Assembly (NCBI GenBank): GCA_051532035.1
Contig: JAOPTW010000040.1
Coordinates: forward strand, 1 to 16,380
Length of the DNA: 16,380 bases
Origin: Fibrobacterales bacterium
GTDB lineage: Bacteria; Fibrobacterota; Fibrobacteria; Fibrobacterales; JAOPTW01
Reading direction: 5' to 3'
A model generated the notes under the pieces. The model was not told where the DNA came from and did no database searches. It saw only the letters and a program-made list of their open reading frames with translations. Position numbers and translations under genes: made by a program. Shown one piece after another: positions 7,141-16,380 of the stretch; positions within the stretch are counted from its first letter, which is position 1, and each line of letters begins with the position of its first letter.

Positions 7141-8226
7141 TTGAACACTGATAAAAATAGTATATTGATCTGCCCCCTTGATTGGGGGCTCGGTCATGCT
7201 ACTCGATGTATCCCTATAATTAATACCCTGCTTGGCAAAGGGTGTCATGTCCATTTAGCATCTGCTGGTCGTTCTTATGACCTCCTTAAAAAAGAGTACC
7301 CTGAGCTCCCTATCCATAGATTGAGCTCTTATAATATTACCTATTCTGCGGGTGATGCTTTTTTTCCTGTATTAAAAATTCTTCCCAAAATATTTAAAAC
7401 TATTTGGAAAGAAAATAATGAGATCAAAAAGATTGTAAGCCAACACTCAATTAATGCAGTTATCTCTGATAATCGTTTTGGTTGTTTTCATAAATTAATA
7501 CCGTCAGTCTATATTACCCATCAAATTATGGCAAAGATGCCTCCTGGTCTTAAATTCCTTGAGCGATTTGTTTCTTTTCTTCATTCCCTTTTTATGGCTA
7601 AATTTTCTGATGTTTGGATCCCCGATCTACCTGGCAACCCTAATTTAAGCGGTGATCTAGCCCATAAACTAACACCACCAAACCAAAGCACCTACATTGG
7701 TCTCCTTTCACGATTTAAAAAACCAGAGCAAATGCCATCAGAAGATATTGATCTATTGGTTATATTATCTGGCCCTGAGCCTTCAAGAACTCTTTTCGAA
7801 AATGAAGTACTCAAACAATTAAAAGAGCTCAACATGAGTGCGACTATACTTCTTGCTAAACCTGATTATGGCAATGAAAAAACAATTGATGGTTTATTAA
7901 CCATATACCCCCACCTAAACTCTCGTGAAATAGAGCAATTAATTCTTCGTTCAAAAGTAATACTCACTCGTTCAGGCTATACCACGTTACTAGAATTAGC
8001 GGTACTTGGTAAGAAAGCAATTATTGTACCTACTCCCGGTCAAACAGAACAAGAATATCTAGCCGAAAAACTCCATGAAGAGCAGTATTACTTTAGCCAA
8101 CCGCAAGAACACCTCGACATACGTCATGCGCTCAATATTGTGGCAAGCTATCCTCCTACTCAATTCGAATCAAAATCAAACCTCCTTGATGATGCTATTG
8201 ATAACCTTCTTAAAAAGATTTCTTAA
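7141..8226 (+). CDS. GT-B fold glycosyltransferase (MurG/GT28-related, substrate unknown)
   Basis: N-terminal PLDWGLGHATRCIP motif; C-terminal RSGYTTLLEL and IVPTPGQTEQEYLA nucleotide-sugar-binding motifs; TTG start 2 nt after the clpC stop. Confidence 0.85.
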   Translation: MNTDKNSILICPLDWGLGHATRCIPIINTLLGKGCHVHLASAGRSYDLLKKEYPELPIHRLSSYNITYSAGDAFFPVLKILPKIFKTIWKENNEIKKIVSQHSINAVISDNRFGCFHKLIPSVYITHQIMAKMPPGLKFLERFVSFLHSLFMAKFSDVWIPDLPGNPNLSGDLAHKLTPPNQSTYIGLLSRFKKPEQMPSEDIDLLVILSGPEPSRTLFENEVLKQLKELNMSATILLAKPDYGNEKTIDGLLTIYPHLNSREIEQLILRSKVILTRSGYTTLLELAVLGKKAIIVPTPGQTEQEYLAEKLHEEQYYFSQPQEHLDIRHALNIVASYPPTQFESKSNLLDDAIDNLLKKIS

Positions 8227-8241
8227 ATTCCGTAAAAGAAG

Positions 8242-8270
8242 TTGTACTTTATGGGTAGAGCCTGTACTAT
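8242..8270 (+). promoter_or_regulatory. Putative sigma70 promoter of uvrA
   Basis: TTGTAC (8242-8247), 17 nt, TACTAT (8265-8270). The predicted start site near 8277 abuts the SOS box. Confidence 0.6.
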
Positions 8271-8277
8271 GCGATAG

Positions 8278-8291
8278 TGCACACTTGTGCA
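8278..8291. promoter_or_regulatory. LexA operator (SOS box) upstream of uvrA
   Basis: Perfect palindrome TGCAC-ACTT-GTGCA ending ~50 nt before the uvrA ATG; same motif as in the lexA promoter. Confidence 0.85.
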
Positions 8292-8342
8292 ATCTCCAAT
8301 ATATTTATAGTTTTAAGACCATATATTTAACGTGCTTGAATC

Positions 8343-11300
8343 ATGTCCGATACACTCATAGTAAGAAACGCTGAAGAACATAATCTCAAAAAAGTAAGTG
8401 TCGAAATTCCTCGCGACTCTATTGTCGTCGTAACCGGTGTTTCGGGGTCGGGTAAAAGCTCACTCGCTTTTGATACCATTTTTCAGGAGGGGCAAAAAAA
8501 GTATCTCGACTCCCTCTCGGCCTATGCGCGACAGTATATTGGTGATATAAAGTCTCCAAAAGTGGAGACCATCAAAGGTATTTCTCCAACTATTTCCATC
8601 GATCAAAAAACCATTAATAGAAATCCACGTTCAACAGTGGGGACTATTACAGAGCTCTTTGACCATTACAGAATTTTGTATGCACGCCTTGGAACCCCCC
8701 ATTGCCCAGGATGCGGTGATGTTATTGCAGCACAGAGTGTTGAGCAGGTCGCAGATGGGCTCATGGCTGAATATTTGGATTCCAAAATAATGATCCTCTC
8801 TCCCATTGTTATGGATCGTAAGGGAGAGTACCGTAAAGAGCTCCAAGAACTCGTTGAATGGGGGTTTACCCGAGCACGTATTGATGGCACCATCCATCGC
8901 CTTGATGAAGAAATCCAGCTTAAACGATACGAAAAACACACTATCGAAATTGTTATCGATCGATTGACCATTGAGAAAAAAGCTCTCCCCCGAATACGTG
9001 AAGCAATTGAAACGGCCCTCAAATTTAGTGATAATCTTATCAGCTTTCTTATTGATGACACCACTCACATGACTCAAGGCACCAAACTTGCTTGTGCCAA
9101 ATGTCACATTTCTATAAAAGAACTCGAACCAAGACTTTTCTCATTTAATGCAACGCAGGGGGCATGCCCCACCTGTAATGGTATTGGCGTACAACGAACC
9201 TTTGACATTGACCTGATCATACCCGATACCAACCTGAGTATACCAGATGGTGCCATAAAACTCATCACTCAAAACGGCAATGTAATGTTTTCAAAATTTG
9301 GATTGCAAGAGATTGAGATTTTAGGCAAAGAGTATGGATTCTCTATTGATACCCCCTGGAAAGACTTTACCAAGGCACAAAAAAAGATCATTCTCTATGG
9401 AAGTACCAAAGAGATAACCTTTTCGCTTAGCAGAAAATCGAAGCGAGGCTTTAAGACAATACGTGAACATCGCCGTATCCGTGGCGTCATGGAAGTTGTT
9501 CAACGAGTCTGGGACAGATGGCACGTCTCACTCATGCATAAGTACATGCACTCTATCACTTGTCCAGACTGTAATGGTAAACGGCTGAACTCTGTAGCGT
9601 TGGCCGTCACTTTCCATACTCAAACGATTGACCGGCTTAGTAGTCTTACTATTCATGAGAGCATGCGCTTTTTTCAAGAACTCATACTTTCTGAAAAAGA
9701 ACTTCATATAGGTAACGAGATTTTTAAAGAGATTAGTTCACGACTAGAGTATCTCGACAAAGTTGGCCTTGGTTACCTTAACATAAATCGAAGTGCCGCA
9801 ACACTTTCAGGCGGTGAAGCACAACGGATCAGACTAGCAAGCCAAGTTGGTGCAGGGTTACAAGGGGTACTCTATATCCTTGATGAGCCCTCAATAGGGC
9901 TCCACCCACGAGACAATGTAAAACTGCTCGAAACCTTAAAACAGTTAAAAAACCAAGGAAACTCACTCATCATTGTAGAGCATGATGAAGAGACAATGCG
10001 CATTGCCGATACCATACTCGACATCGGCCCCGGTGCAGGAGTTCAAGGTGGTACTATTCTCGCCAGTGGAGACTACAAAAAACTCGTCGAAACGAAAGAG
10101 TCTCTTACTGGGCAATACCTCAGTGGAAAACGCAGAATTGAAATACCAGAATACCGCAGAATCCCAGGTGACTATTGGATAACTATAAAAGGCGCTGCCT
10201 CAAATAACCTTCAAAACATTGATGTTGCGATTCCCCTTGGCCTCCTTACCTGTATCACTGGAGTTTCAGGCTCTGGCAAAAGTACCCTTATCCACGAAGT
10301 ACTCAGAAAAGGTATTGGGCTACACTTTGGTACCATACAAGAGAACCCAGGGAAATGTAAAAGCATAGATGGCCTTGAACATATTGCCAAGGTTGTAGAG
10401 ATTGATCAATCTCCTATTGGAAGAACCCCTCGCTCAAATCCAGCGACCTACACAAAAATGTTTGACCTTATTCGAGATCTTTTTGCAAAAACCCCCGAAG
10501 CAAAAATCAGAGGTTATTCCAAAAGTCGCTTCAGTTTTAATGTAGCCGGTGGACGTTGCGAAGTGTGTGAAGGTTCAGGTATCCAAGAGTATGAAATGCA
10601 GATTTTGGAGAATGTCAAAGTTCCTTGTGATGAGTGTAGTGGTTCACGCTACAACCACAACTCCCTTGAGATATATTATAAAGGGAAGAATATTGCGGAC
10701 GTTCTTAACTTGACTGTCGAAGAGGCACTCACTTTTTTCGAAAACCAACCCAAAATCCACGCAATACTTACCCTTCTTAAAAAGGTCGACCTCGGATACA
10801 TTACCCTTGGCCAATCTTCTACTACTCTCTCTGGCGGTGAAGCTCAGAGAATAAAAATTACATCCGAGCTAAAGCGTTCGACCCAAGCAGACACTCTGTA
10901 TATACTTGATGAGCCCACCACCGGACTCCACTTTGAAGACATCAAACAACTCATGATTTGTTTTCAAGAATTAATTGATCGTGGTAACTCCATGATTATT
11001 ATTGAGCACAATACCGATGTCATTAAGTGTGCTGATTGGATTATAGACCTTGGACCTGAAGGCGGATCAGGCGGTGGAACAGTTGTTGCCACAGGAACCC
11101 CTGAAGAGGTAGCAGAAAGTAAACATTCTTACACTGCTCCCTTTCTTAAATCTGCCCTTACGCCACGTTTTACAACACCAAAATCTCTTAAAAAATCAAA
11201 GAAGTCACCGACAACACATATTGAAATAAAAGGCGCGAAGAAGCACAATCTCAAAAATATTGACATCAGTATTCCACAACATAAACTCACTGTGGTCACT

Positions 11301-13700
11301 GGGGTTTCAGGCTCTGGTAAATCCTCACTCGCCTTCCACACCCTCTTTGCAGAGGGACAACGTAGGTTTGTAGAGTCTATGTCCACTTATGCCCGACGAT
11401 TTGTGGGCCAGATGGACCGAGGCAGTGTCGACTCAATAACTGGTCTTGCACCTGCAATTGCTATTGATCAAAAAAGTGCGAACAAAAGTCCTCGATCGAC
11501 TGTGGCAACCATTACCGAAATCTATGACTATTTCCGTATACTCTATGCTCGAATCGGTACTATTGGTTGTATCCATTGCGGCAATACGCTTGAAGAGTAT
11601 TCACTCGTCGATATCTACAAGAAAATCGAGAAAAGAGATGAAGGCTCTCCTATTGCTATTGCAGCACCAATAAAAATCCCAGGCACGACCAAAAGGCTCC
11701 TCCTTGATTACACCAAAAATGGATCAGGACTCATACAAAAATTGATACATGCTGGAGTGGTAAAACTCAATGTAAACGGCAAGACCTACTCAGTCGAAGA
11801 GGCCCCCGATATCACCAAAGAGTGTACCGTATATGCAATTATTGATAGAGTTAAAGCACTCCCCAAAAACAGAAAAAGAATTATTGAGTCACTTGAGCGG
11901 GCACGAGAACTCGGCAATAACTTAATCGCCCTTCCTAAAGAAGATGGTACCGTTGATCTATTTTCAACTCTTCCAGGGTGTACCGATTGTCACTACTATT
12001 TTGAGGATCAACTAGAACCGAAACACTTCTCATTTAATTCTCACTGGGGCGCATGCGAATTCTGTTCGGGCCTTGGCACTATAAACAACAAGCAATGCCC
12101 TATGTGTGAAGGAGACCGACTTAAAGTAGAGTACCTGGCTGTCACTTTCAACAATAGCCATATTACTGACCTAAGTCGACTCACCATAGATGAATGTTTT
12201 GCACTCTTTCAAACCTACCGCTTTGCTCCTAAAGAAAAAATTATTGTCCGTCAGGTCATACAAGAGATTGAAAATAGACTCACTTTCTTGCGCAAAGTGG
12301 GCATTGGATATCTCTCCCTCGATAGAAAAGGAGATACGCTATCTGGTGGTGAATCTCAACGAATACGATTAGCAAGTCAAATAGGATCCGGACTTGAAGG
12401 GGCACTCTATGTACTTGACGAACCAACCACAGGTCTTCATCAAAAAGATACTCAAGTACTAATTGCCACCCTTAAAGAGCTCAGAGATCTTGGCAATACC
12501 GTCGTCGTGGTTGAACATGATACAGAATTTATGCTTGCAGCCGATCACATAATTGATATGGGGCCAGCAGCGGGAGAATATGGAGGCGAAGTCCTCGTTA
12601 CAGGTTCACCAGCAGCACTCAAACGTCATACAACCAAATCTCTTACTGCAGCATATCTTCACAACAAAAAAATGTTCGAAAACCCAATAGGTAACAACGC
12701 TCCTCAAAGCGATTCAGTCTTAACATTAAAGGGAAGCGCCCTTCACAACCTAAAAGGTGACACCCTCACTATCCCCTTTAAAAAACTCACTGCTATTTCA
12801 GGGGTGTCTGGGTCGGGGAAAAGTAGTCTCATTATAGACTGCCTTCATACGCTCCTCGAAAACAAAGTGAACAAGCGCCGTCATAAAGTGAAGGACCTTG
12901 GAAGGCTCACCTATAAAGAGAGTATCGATAAAATAGTTCTCGTTGACCAAAGTCCTATCGGTGGCACACCACGTTCAACACCAATAACCTATACCAAGGC
13001 ATTTGATAAAATTCGTGATCTCTATGCAGCACTTCCTGACTCAAAAATAAAAGGGTATCTAAAAGGTCGTTTTTCTTTTAACAAAGCTGAAGGGCGCTGT
13101 CCAGTGTGCGAAGGCCGAGGTTCTATCCATATTGAGATGCACTTTTTGTCTGATGTATGGGAAGTATGTGATGGCTGTAAAGGCAAGCGCTACAACAGTG
13201 ATACACTCAGTATTACCTTCAAAGGTAAAACCATTGCCGATGTAATGGAGATGCGTGTTGATGAGGCCACATCCTTTTTTAGCAATCATCCATCAGTACA
13301 TGCCATCCTCAAAACCTTTTCAGAAATCGGCCTAGGCTACCTTCGCCTTGGGCAATCAGCAACAACCCTTTCTGGTGGAGAATCTCAACGACTCAAACTC
13401 GCTGCCGAGCTTTCAAAAGCAGGACGAGGCCACACTGTTTTTATTTTGGATGAACCATCCACAGGGCTCCATTCACATGACATACAGCAACTGTGGAATA
13501 TCCTACGCGCACTGGTCGACAAAGGGAACACTGTTATCGTAATTGAACACCAGGTAGATATAATTAGAAATGCTGACTGGCTCATAGACATTGGCCCAGA
13601 AGGTGGTGGCAAAGGTGGCTCAATACTTTTTACTGGAACACAAGATGATTTTAAAAGTGATCAAACACTCAATCACACCCATAAAGCACTCTATCCATAG
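8343..13700 (+). CDS. uvrA: Excinuclease ABC subunit A, tandem double-length form (two fused UvrA modules)
   Basis: 1785 aa with four Walker A motifs (GVSGSGKS at ~8436, ~10260, ~11301, ~12801), four LSGGE.QR signatures with LDEP Walker B, repeated FSFN..G.C..C.G zinc modules, and two UvrA N-terminal motifs ([16 protein letters not shown]). Confidence 0.97.
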   Translation: MSDTLIVRNAEEHNLKKVSVEIPRDSIVVVTGVSGSGKSSLAFDTIFQEGQKKYLDSLSAYARQYIGDIKSPKVETIKGISPTISIDQKTINRNPRSTVGTITELFDHYRILYARLGTPHCPGCGDVIAAQSVEQVADGLMAEYLDSKIMILSPIVMDRKGEYRKELQELVEWGFTRARIDGTIHRLDEEIQLKRYEKHTIEIVIDRLTIEKKALPRIREAIETALKFSDNLISFLIDDTTHMTQGTKLACAKCHISIKELEPRLFSFNATQGACPTCNGIGVQRTFDIDLIIPDTNLSIPDGAIKLITQNGNVMFSKFGLQEIEILGKEYGFSIDTPWKDFTKAQKKIILYGSTKEITFSLSRKSKRGFKTIREHRRIRGVMEVVQRVWDRWHVSLMHKYMHSITCPDCNGKRLNSVALAVTFHTQTIDRLSSLTIHESMRFFQELILSEKELHIGNEIFKEISSRLEYLDKVGLGYLNINRSAATLSGGEAQRIRLASQVGAGLQGVLYILDEPSIGLHPRDNVKLLETLKQLKNQGNSLIIVEHDEETMRIADTILDIGPGAGVQGGTILASGDYKKLVETKESLTGQYLSGKRRIEIPEYRRIPGDYWITIKGAASNNLQNIDVAIPLGLLTCITGVSGSGKSTLIHEVLRKGIGLHFGTIQENPGKCKSIDGLEHIAKVVEIDQSPIGRTPRSNPATYTKMFDLIRDLFAKTPEAKIRGYSKSRFSFNVAGGRCEVCEGSGIQEYEMQILENVKVPCDECSGSRYNHNSLEIYYKGKNIADVLNLTVEEALTFFENQPKIHAILTLLKKVDLGYITLGQSSTTLSGGEAQRIKITSELKRSTQADTLYILDEPTTGLHFEDIKQLMICFQELIDRGNSMIIIEHNTDVIKCADWIIDLGPEGGSGGGTVVATGTPEEVAESKHSYTAPFLKSALTPRFTTPKSLKKSKKSPTTHIEIKGAKKHNLKNIDISIPQHKLTVVTGVSGSGKSSLAFHTLFAEGQRRFVESMSTYARRFVGQMDRGSVDSITGLAPAIAIDQKSANKSPRSTVATITEIYDYFRILYARIGTIGCIHCGNTLEEYSLVDIYKKIEKRDEGSPIAIAAPIKIPGTTKRLLLDYTKNGSGLIQKLIHAGVVKLNVNGKTYSVEEAPDITKECTVYAIIDRVKALPKNRKRIIESLERARELGNNLIALPKEDGTVDLFSTLPGCTDCHYYFEDQLEPKHFSFNSHWGACEFCSGLGTINNKQCPMCEGDRLKVEYLAVTFNNSHITDLSRLTIDECFALFQTYRFAPKEKIIVRQVIQEIENRLTFLRKVGIGYLSLDRKGDTLSGGESQRIRLASQIGSGLEGALYVLDEPTTGLHQKDTQVLIATLKELRDLGNTVVVVEHDTEFMLAADHIIDMGPAAGEYGGEVLVTGSPAALKRHTTKSLTAAYLHNKKMFENPIGNNAPQSDSVLTLKGSALHNLKGDTLTIPFKKLTAISGVSGSGKSSLIIDCLHTLLENKVNKRRHKVKDLGRLTYKESIDKIVLVDQSPIGGTPRSTPITYTKAFDKIRDLYAALPDSKIKGYLKGRFSFNKAEGRCPVCEGRGSIHIEMHFLSDVWEVCDGCKGKRYNSDTLSITFKGKTIADVMEMRVDEATSFFSNHPSVHAILKTFSEIGLGYLRLGQSATTLSGGESQRLKLAAELSKAGRGHTVFILDEPSTGLHSHDIQQLWNILRALVDKGNTVIVIEHQVDIIRNADWLIDIGPEGGGKGGSILFTGTQDDFKSDQTLNHTHKALYP

Positions 13701-13746
13701 TTGCCTCTGAGTTGTGAGTTGTTTATCGTACTCATAAAGAAATATT

Positions 13747-13773
13747 AAAAGAAGGGCCTTAGAAATAAGGCCC
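13747..13773 (-). terminator. Intrinsic terminator between convergent uvrA and the STAS gene
   Basis: GGGCCTTA-GAAA-TAAGGCCC hairpin (13754-13773), followed on the minus strand by TTCTTTT, 11 nt after the STAS stop codon. Confidence 0.8.
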
Positions 13774-13784
13774 CGAATTATTTG

Positions 13785-14123
13785 TTATTGAAACACAGAA
13801 ACTTCTTGAGCGGTATCATCGAGTATCGTGAATACCTCAAGCAAGTTTGTTGTTTCTAAAATTTCCTCTACAACTTTTGGAACATCAAATAGAAACAGAT
13901 TTACATCTGCATTTGATGCAGTAGTATAGACTGATACGAGTTCTCCCACGCCTGTACTATCAATATAAATGAGTTCAGACATATCAAGAATTATAGTCTT
14001 TACATGCTTTTCACAAAGATCCTTAACCGTACCACGTAACGACTCACTAAATGAGATGGCGGTTAACTTACCTTTGATTTTTGTGAGTGCTATCTCTTCT
14101 TTTATAATTACTTCTAATTCCAT
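13785..14123 (-). CDS. STAS-domain anti-sigma factor antagonist (SpoIIAA/RsbV-like)
   Basis: 112 aa; IILDMSELIYIDSTGVGELV contains the conserved D-S-x-G phosphorylatable serine. Confidence 0.9.
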   Translation of the reverse strand: MELEVIIKEEIALTKIKGKLTAISFSESLRGTVKDLCEKHVKTIILDMSELIYIDSTGVGELVSVYTTASNADVNLFLFDVPKVVEEILETTNLLEVFTILDDTAQEVSVFQ

Positions 14124-14185
14124 ATTGCTACCATTATTAACAACGAATTTATACCTTTGTATCCAATCAGTCTAGTGTTATAATC

Positions 14186-14659
14186 ATGAATACCCAACAA
14201 CCAAAATACCTTCTACTTACCCAGAATGTTCAAGAAATTCAAAAGGGATATCTTAACATTCATAACTCTGTGTTCTCATTTTCACTCAAAAAAATATTCC
14301 CGTTGTCACTGCTTTACGGTTCCCAAAATTTCGAGCTCTACACTTCAGTATTGCAAAAGATTCGTACTACACTCAAGGATCAAATTACTTTTATAAACTC
14401 CGAAATAAAAGCAATACACCCTGAACCAGTTCGCAACTATTATATCAAATTAAAGTCCTATCTGCAACAACTAGAGGCATCAATTTTAATTTTATCTCAA
14501 ATATGCCAAAATTTACTCCTACTGCAGGCAAAATCCCCTGATTTTTCAATTAAAGGGCATAATCAGCTTATTAAAAAGTATCAACAACATGTGACATCAC
14601 ATGGTGAACATGGGAGAACACTCAATGCACTCCTCCATACCATTACTCACCCAAACTAA
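14186..14659 (+). CDS. Hypothetical protein (Leu/Gln-rich, predicted helical)
   Basis: 157-aa ATG-started ORF that fills the gap between the STAS gene and the ATPase with no competing long ORF. No recognisable motif and no RBS. Confidence 0.55.
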   Translation: MNTQQPKYLLLTQNVQEIQKGYLNIHNSVFSFSLKKIFPLSLLYGSQNFELYTSVLQKIRTTLKDQITFINSEIKAIHPEPVRNYYIKLKSYLQQLEASILILSQICQNLLLLQAKSPDFSIKGHNQLIKKYQQHVTSHGEHGRTLNALLHTITHPN

Positions 14660-14664
14660 GGCTT

Positions 14665-16380
14665 CTACACGTCGTCATCTTTTGATGCAGCGATAACCTC
14701 TTTGAGAGTTGTCAGTCCCATTTGAGCTTTAAGAAGCCCATCTTTTCTCAGGGTTATCATGCCACCCTTCATTGCAGCCCGTTTAATGTCATCAGCTCCA
14801 GCTCGGTTAAGAATCAAATTTCTAACTTCAGCATTGGGTACGAGAAACTCAAAAATTCCACAACGCCCCTTATACCCCTTACCTTCACAAACTTTACATC
14901 CTTTCCCTTCAAAAAACTGTGCATCTGCAGCAAGGTTAAACTCTTTGAGCACTACAGGGTCAGTAGTTACCGGCTCTTTACATTTATCACAAATACGTCT
15001 TACGAGTCGTTGTGCAAGAATTCCCTCTATAGAAGAAGCAACAAGAAACGGTTCCAATCCCATATCGAGTAAACGTGGATAAGCCCCCGCTGCATCATTC
15101 GTATGCAAAGTACTAAAAACCATATGTCCCGTAAGAGCTGATTCAATAGCCATAGCTGCAGTCTCTAAATCCCGCATTTCCCCAAGCATAATAACATCGG
15201 GATCTTGACGAAGAATTGCCTTAAGCCCTGCAGCAAAGGTAAAACCAGCTGCATTATTGATCTGACCTTGGGTTACCCCTTCAAGATTCATCTCTACTGG
15301 GTCTTCCATGGTAACAATATTAATTTCAGGGTTATTAATATCTTTTACGCATGCATAGAGGGTTGTCGATTTACCTGAACCCGTAGGCCCCGTAACCAAT
15401 ATAATCCCATTGGGAAGTGCTATTTTTTGTGTAAAACTTTTAAGCATCGACTCTTGAAAACCCATTCCTTCAAGGGGAATGTTATTAGCGTTCGGGTCTA
15501 AAATCCGTAATACTATTTTCTCTGAGATACCACGCTTTCTTAGAGCTGACGGAAATGAACTCACCCGCAAGTCAACTTCTTTCCCTTGATATTTAACGGT
15601 AAAACGTCCATCAAGAGGTTTCCGTTTTTCTGCAATATCCATTTTGGAGAGTATTTTAAGACGCGAGATAATTTGTGGCATTAACTTAGCTGGTATTGGT
15701 GGGTTAACAATCAAAGCCCCATCAACTCTATAACGAAGCTGTAAATAACCCTCTTGGGGTTCAAGATGAATATCAGAAGCCCCTTTAGAAATCGCTTCAT
15801 TTATAATAGTATTTACGACTCGAACAACTTGCTGACCTTCTTCATCAGTAAGTTCTACATCCTGATCATTGTCATTAGTATCTTCAATTGTCTCAAGTTC
15901 AACATCTTCTTGTAAAATAGAGCTCAAAGACTCAGATATTCCCCCATATAAAGCATTTAATGAAGCGGTAATCTCCTCTTCTGTAGCCATTACAGCATCA
16001 ACTTCCATTTGGGTTTTAAATTTTATGTGATCAACGGTTCGTAGATTTGTGGGGTCGGTCATCGCTACGGTAATAATATTTTTCTTAGCATAGAGAGGAA
16101 TAATAAGGTGTGTCCGACACATCTCCTCTGGAATCATAGAGATCACGTCTTGCTCAATTTGAAAGTTTGCAAGCTTTACTTGAGGTACTTCAAGTATGGC
16201 AGCAAGTACTTCGACAAGTTTCGACTCGGTAATAACCCCCAAGGATACCAAACATTTCCCAAGCTTTTCACCTGTTTCTTTTTGCTTTTCAAGAGCTCTC
16301 TCCAAGTCCCGCTCTTCAATAATGCCTTGATTTACTAGGACCGTACCAAGGCGTTGTTTTTGTTGTATTTGAAGTTGGTT
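14665..16380 (-). CDS. pilB: Type IV pilus / type II secretion assembly ATPase (PilB/GspE family) with N-terminal MshEN domain; 5' end lies beyond the window
   Basis: ASDIHLEP, LRYRVDG, GPTGSGKSTTLY, EDPVE, LRQDPDVIMLGEMRD, TGHMVFSTLHTN and a tetracysteine motif (C..C / C..C). The frame stays open from 16305 to the window edge (NQLQIQQKQRLGTVLVNQGIIEERDL). PilB versus GspE cannot be settled without the neighbouring genes. Confidence 0.88.
   Translation of the reverse strand, partial: NQLQIQQKQRLGTVLVNQGIIEERDLERALEKQKETGEKLGKCLVSLGVITESKLVEVLAAILEVPQVKLANFQIEQDVISMIPEEMCRTHLIIPLYAKKNIITVAMTDPTNLRTVDHIKFKTQMEVDAVMATEEEITASLNALYGGISESLSSILQEDVELETIEDTNDNDQDVELTDEEGQQVVRVVNTIINEAISKGASDIHLEPQEGYLQLRYRVDGALIVNPPIPAKLMPQIISRLKILSKMDIAEKRKPLDGRFTVKYQGKEVDLRVSSFPSALRKRGISEKIVLRILDPNANNIPLEGMGFQESMLKSFTQKIALPNGIILVTGPTGSGKSTTLYACVKDINNPEINIVTMEDPVEMNLEGVTQGQINNAAGFTFAAGLKAILRQDPDVIMLGEMRDLETAAMAIESALTGHMVFSTLHTNDAAGAYPRLLDMGLEPFLVASSIEGILAQRLVRRICDKCKEPVTTDPVVLKEFNLAADAQFFEGKGCKVCEGKGYKGRCGIFEFLVPNAEVRNLILNRAGADDIKRAAMKGGMITLRKDGLLKAQMGLTTLKEVIAASKDDDV

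Noticed and set aside
3256..16338. Remaining short ORFs nested in or antisense to lexA, clpC, the glycosyltransferase, uvrA, the STAS gene and the ATPase
   Set aside because: They largely overlap well-supported genes and show no motifs; expected by chance from codon bias.

Overview
AT-rich bacterial core-chromosome window with mostly housekeeping genes. In order: partial rpsA and cmk (minus); two small N-terminally membrane-anchored hypothetical genes (minus); lexA (plus); a single-domain receiver protein (minus); clpC, a glycosyltransferase and a double-length 1785-aa uvrA (plus); a STAS anti-anti-sigma factor (minus); an orphan ORF (plus); and a 5'-truncated PilB/GspE-family ATPase with an MshEN c-di-GMP motif (minus). 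A TGCNC-N4-GTGCA palindrome overlaps the predicted promoters of lexA and uvrA. It matches the LexA box described for Fibrobacter succinogenes, which suggests a Fibrobacterota host (inference). The least explained part is the ~200 bp after lexA. It holds two tandem REP-like hairpins with compensatory base changes and a 106-bp multi-stem palindromic element. The adjacent 3' third of lexA shows a strong shift to C/A at synonymous sites. No rRNA, tRNA, CRISPR array or transposase gene was seen.
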